Below, one piece after another: positions 61,240 through 64,000 of a DNA stretch of 64,000 bases. Source of the stretch: Octopus bimaculoides (taxonomy: Eukaryota); NCBI RefSeq assembly GCF_001194135.2, contig NC_068992.1:26835654-26899653 (forward strand). Reading direction: 5' to 3'. Below the pieces are notes generated by a model, which did no database searches, was not told the origin of the DNA, and saw nothing but the letters and a program-made list of their open reading frames with translations. A program made the translations under genes and the position numbers. Position 1 is the stretch's first letter; each line of letters starts with the position of its first letter.

Positions 61240-62092
61240 TGCTTGCTTCATTCATTAGACTACGGTCATGCTGCGGCACCGCCTTGAAGAATTTTAGTCG
61301 AACGAATTGCCCCAGTACTTATTTTCATTTTAATCTAGAAACATGTTCTATTTGACTCTTTTGACGAACCGCTTCATCACGGCCACGTAAGCACAGTAAA
61401 AACGATTGTCAAGCGGGGGTGCGGAACAAGCACAGACACAAACACCTCGCACACACATTTATACATACATGCATAAATACATACATACATACATACACAT
61501 ACACATACATGCATGATCGACCACAAGGCACTACAGCTTTTTTTATTCTCTCTGTTTATTTTCTCGTTTTTTTTTTCTGTTGAAGAGCGTATGCTCGAAA
61601 CGTAAAAGACTTTCTCACCTTCCCGAGCGTTAAGCTAATACACCAGTTTGTTGTTTTCGTCTTTTGTTTTCTTGTAAATTCCGACTATATACATATATAT
61701 ANNNNNNNNNNGCTAGACACTAAACCTTTTTTCATTTTCTCTCTCTGCTTATTTCTGTGTTCCTGTCTGTTGAAGAGTGTAGGCTCGAAACGCAAAAGAC
61801 TTTCTCACTTCCCGAGCGTTAAACTAATACATCTGTTTGTTGTTTACACACCCGTCTTCGTCTTTTGTTTTGATTTTGTTTTTTTGTTTTTTTTTATTTT
61901 GTAAATTGCACCTATATATATACGACGGGCTTCTTCCAGTTTCCGTCTCCGAAATCCATTCACAAGACTTTGGTCGGCTCAAAGCTATAGTAGAAGACAC
62001 TTGTCCGAGTTGCAATGTACTGGGACTGAACCTGAAATCATGCGGTTATCAAGTAAATTTCTTACCACGCAGTTATGCCTTCGCCTAATATA
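61240..62092 (-). mobile_element. SINE family B whose central microsatellite carries an insertion
   Basis: 3' half at 61240-61520, head at 61916-62092 (gggactgaacc B-box, gaagacacttg CORE-like). Confidence 0.8.
61525..61915 (+). repeat. Two tandem ~190-bp units, Penelope terminal-repeat-like, each with a degenerate hammerhead-like motif
   Basis: ttgaagag-N6-ctcgaaacg(t/c)aaaagactttctcac..cccgagcgttaa.ctaataca at 61580 and 61770; a small gap lies between them. Confidence 0.6.
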
Positions 62093-64000
62093 ACTACAAT
62101 AATCGTTGGCTAGAGAGCAGTGTCGGAATAAAGGCAATATTAATTCTCCAAGCGAAAGACAATAAAAACTCCAGAAACTCTCGAACTCTAATCTGATAAA
62201 AACAATATATAAAACACTGGAATATTTTATCTTAGTATATAATACGTGTCTATCTGGAAAATAATATTTTACCAGCATAACAGAAAGTGTGATAGTAGAG
62301 TATGTACGGGTGTAAAGAGTATCTATGAAAAACTAGGCAGTAATTCTTGATAGCAAAGCAGGAAACGAAAATCTAACTTCAAGCAATTATATGTAATCAA
62401 ACGTTATCAAACGCAAGTCGCTAGTATACTTCATGTATTGAATTTGTGATCAATACAAGCCGTTCTATTTTTCTCACTTTCCTATCATATAGTTGAAATA
62501 GATCATATACTTGGAAGTCTACTTCTATGAAAATATTTGTTTAAAATTACTTCATATACTATTCAGTAGGAATCGGGTAATTTGCTACAGAACATGTTTA
62601 ATTAGCTACAGGATTTAAGATACCTAGAACGTTAAATATGTATACAAGAAATTCTAATTAGTAATCTCATTGAGTATATTTTATGAATACCTTCTTTGAT
62701 AATTTCAGTAGTGCTTCTTTTTTATTATTCATTCCACGTTGTTACTTTGATAAAACTGTTTTACGCATTTATTTAATTATACCTTAATTTAGCAATCAGC
62801 TACAATTTTCAGCTTTCATCATTTGGAAATTAAAACTGCTTTACATCTTTCTTCCGTTCATTTTATTTTCCTTAAAACCGTAGATTTTATAGCCTTTCTT
62901 CAAAAGATCCATAGCCAAAGGATCTAGAATCGATATAGTGTGAATTGCATCTTGTCTAAAATGACAAAGCTGCGGGTTAGTATATCGGGGCAGAAATTTC
63001 TTGTCGTTGCCGCCAAAGAAGACAGGCAATAGAGTAAATCAAACGTCAGTTGATGTGAACCCTTAGCAAACAGAGCAAATGTAATATATTTGGAGAGCAT
63101 ACAGCGATACCATCTTGACAGCTTTCAAGTAAATCGAAAGCAAAGGGAAACGCATGATGGAGAATGCAGTTTAAGGGGCAGTAATCAATCAATGTTAAAA
63201 CGCTAGCTAAATAATATTGACGTTATCTTCTTGAAATATGATGTAAATAATTTAAAATGTGTATAAAGGATCACTCAAGAAGGTAAATAGATTTTAACCT
63301 TGTGAAGCAAATATTTGAGTTTTCTCCAAATAATATTCAGAGCACAGTTAAACATTTCGCGGAAATTAAATATAATTAGTGCATGGGCACGTGACTATGA
63401 TACATGATGATAACCTTATTATATATTACGTTTCCTTTTAATTTATCGAAGAGTAATACACTGTTTCTTAAATTATAAACAATATACCACCATTACACTT
63501 CATATTAGTATATTTTCCTTTTAAATTTATTAATTATCTAGATACTTTGTTTCGTTTTCCATTTCTCTTGTAAAATTCACCAATAACTTTTCTAATCACA
63601 AAAATACTGCGATTTATATTGATATTTCTTTTATTGTAAGTGATAGAAAACTTTATCTAACGGCTTATGAAATAATTCAACCAATCAAGTGAAAGTAGAT
63701 GTCACGTTCTATTTTCTCCTTAGCATGAATTAATCAATGATCACAGCAGTGTTCTGTAAGAGCTTTAATTAATCTCAAAACTTATTTGTAAAATGAAACA
63801 AAATTTATGTAAATATCATAAGTAATGTAGTAAAATAAGTCACTAAGTACATTGCATTTTTGTAGTGGGTTTGTTGAGAGTAAAGAAATATATTTGATTT
63901 GATTTTCTTTCCTTATTAACAAATGTTTACCCACGGGCCTTTGTTTTAATATTATATCATTCAGTTAAGAATGTCTATGGTGATAAAACCAATTGCAAAA

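Noticed and set aside
62884-62976. Plus-strand acceptor/donor pair, and the 62-aa minus ORF 62841-63029
   Set aside because: Stops in all three frames of the putative exon; the minus ORF is short and unrecognised.

Overview
AT-rich animal non-coding DNA from a gapped draft assembly: 19 N-gaps (about 7.7 kb), almost all flanked by microsatellites. The repeat families look like those of Octopus/coleoid cephalopods (recognised from memory, not searched). I find no intact protein-coding gene, tRNA/rRNA gene or CRISPR array, and nearly all ORFs in the track are microsatellite or N artefacts or antisense to transposon relics. The window is a transposon graveyard. It holds at least five tRNA-headed SINE families (labelled A-E here, about 25 copies, several with exact target-site duplications), LINE relics (RTE, CR1, R4/Dong-like, L1/Tx1-like), Tc1/mariner relics (DD34D mariner, DD37D maT, an Hsmar1-like N-terminus), hAT-like pieces and MITEs. 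I see no convincing evidence of a new biological system. The best leads are a perfect 96-bp-arm palindrome, tandem hammerhead-like motifs, a SINE pair with three copies of its target site, SINE/CR1 3' tail sharing, repeated use of (TAA)n by retroelements, and a few weak host-gene splice/promoter signals.
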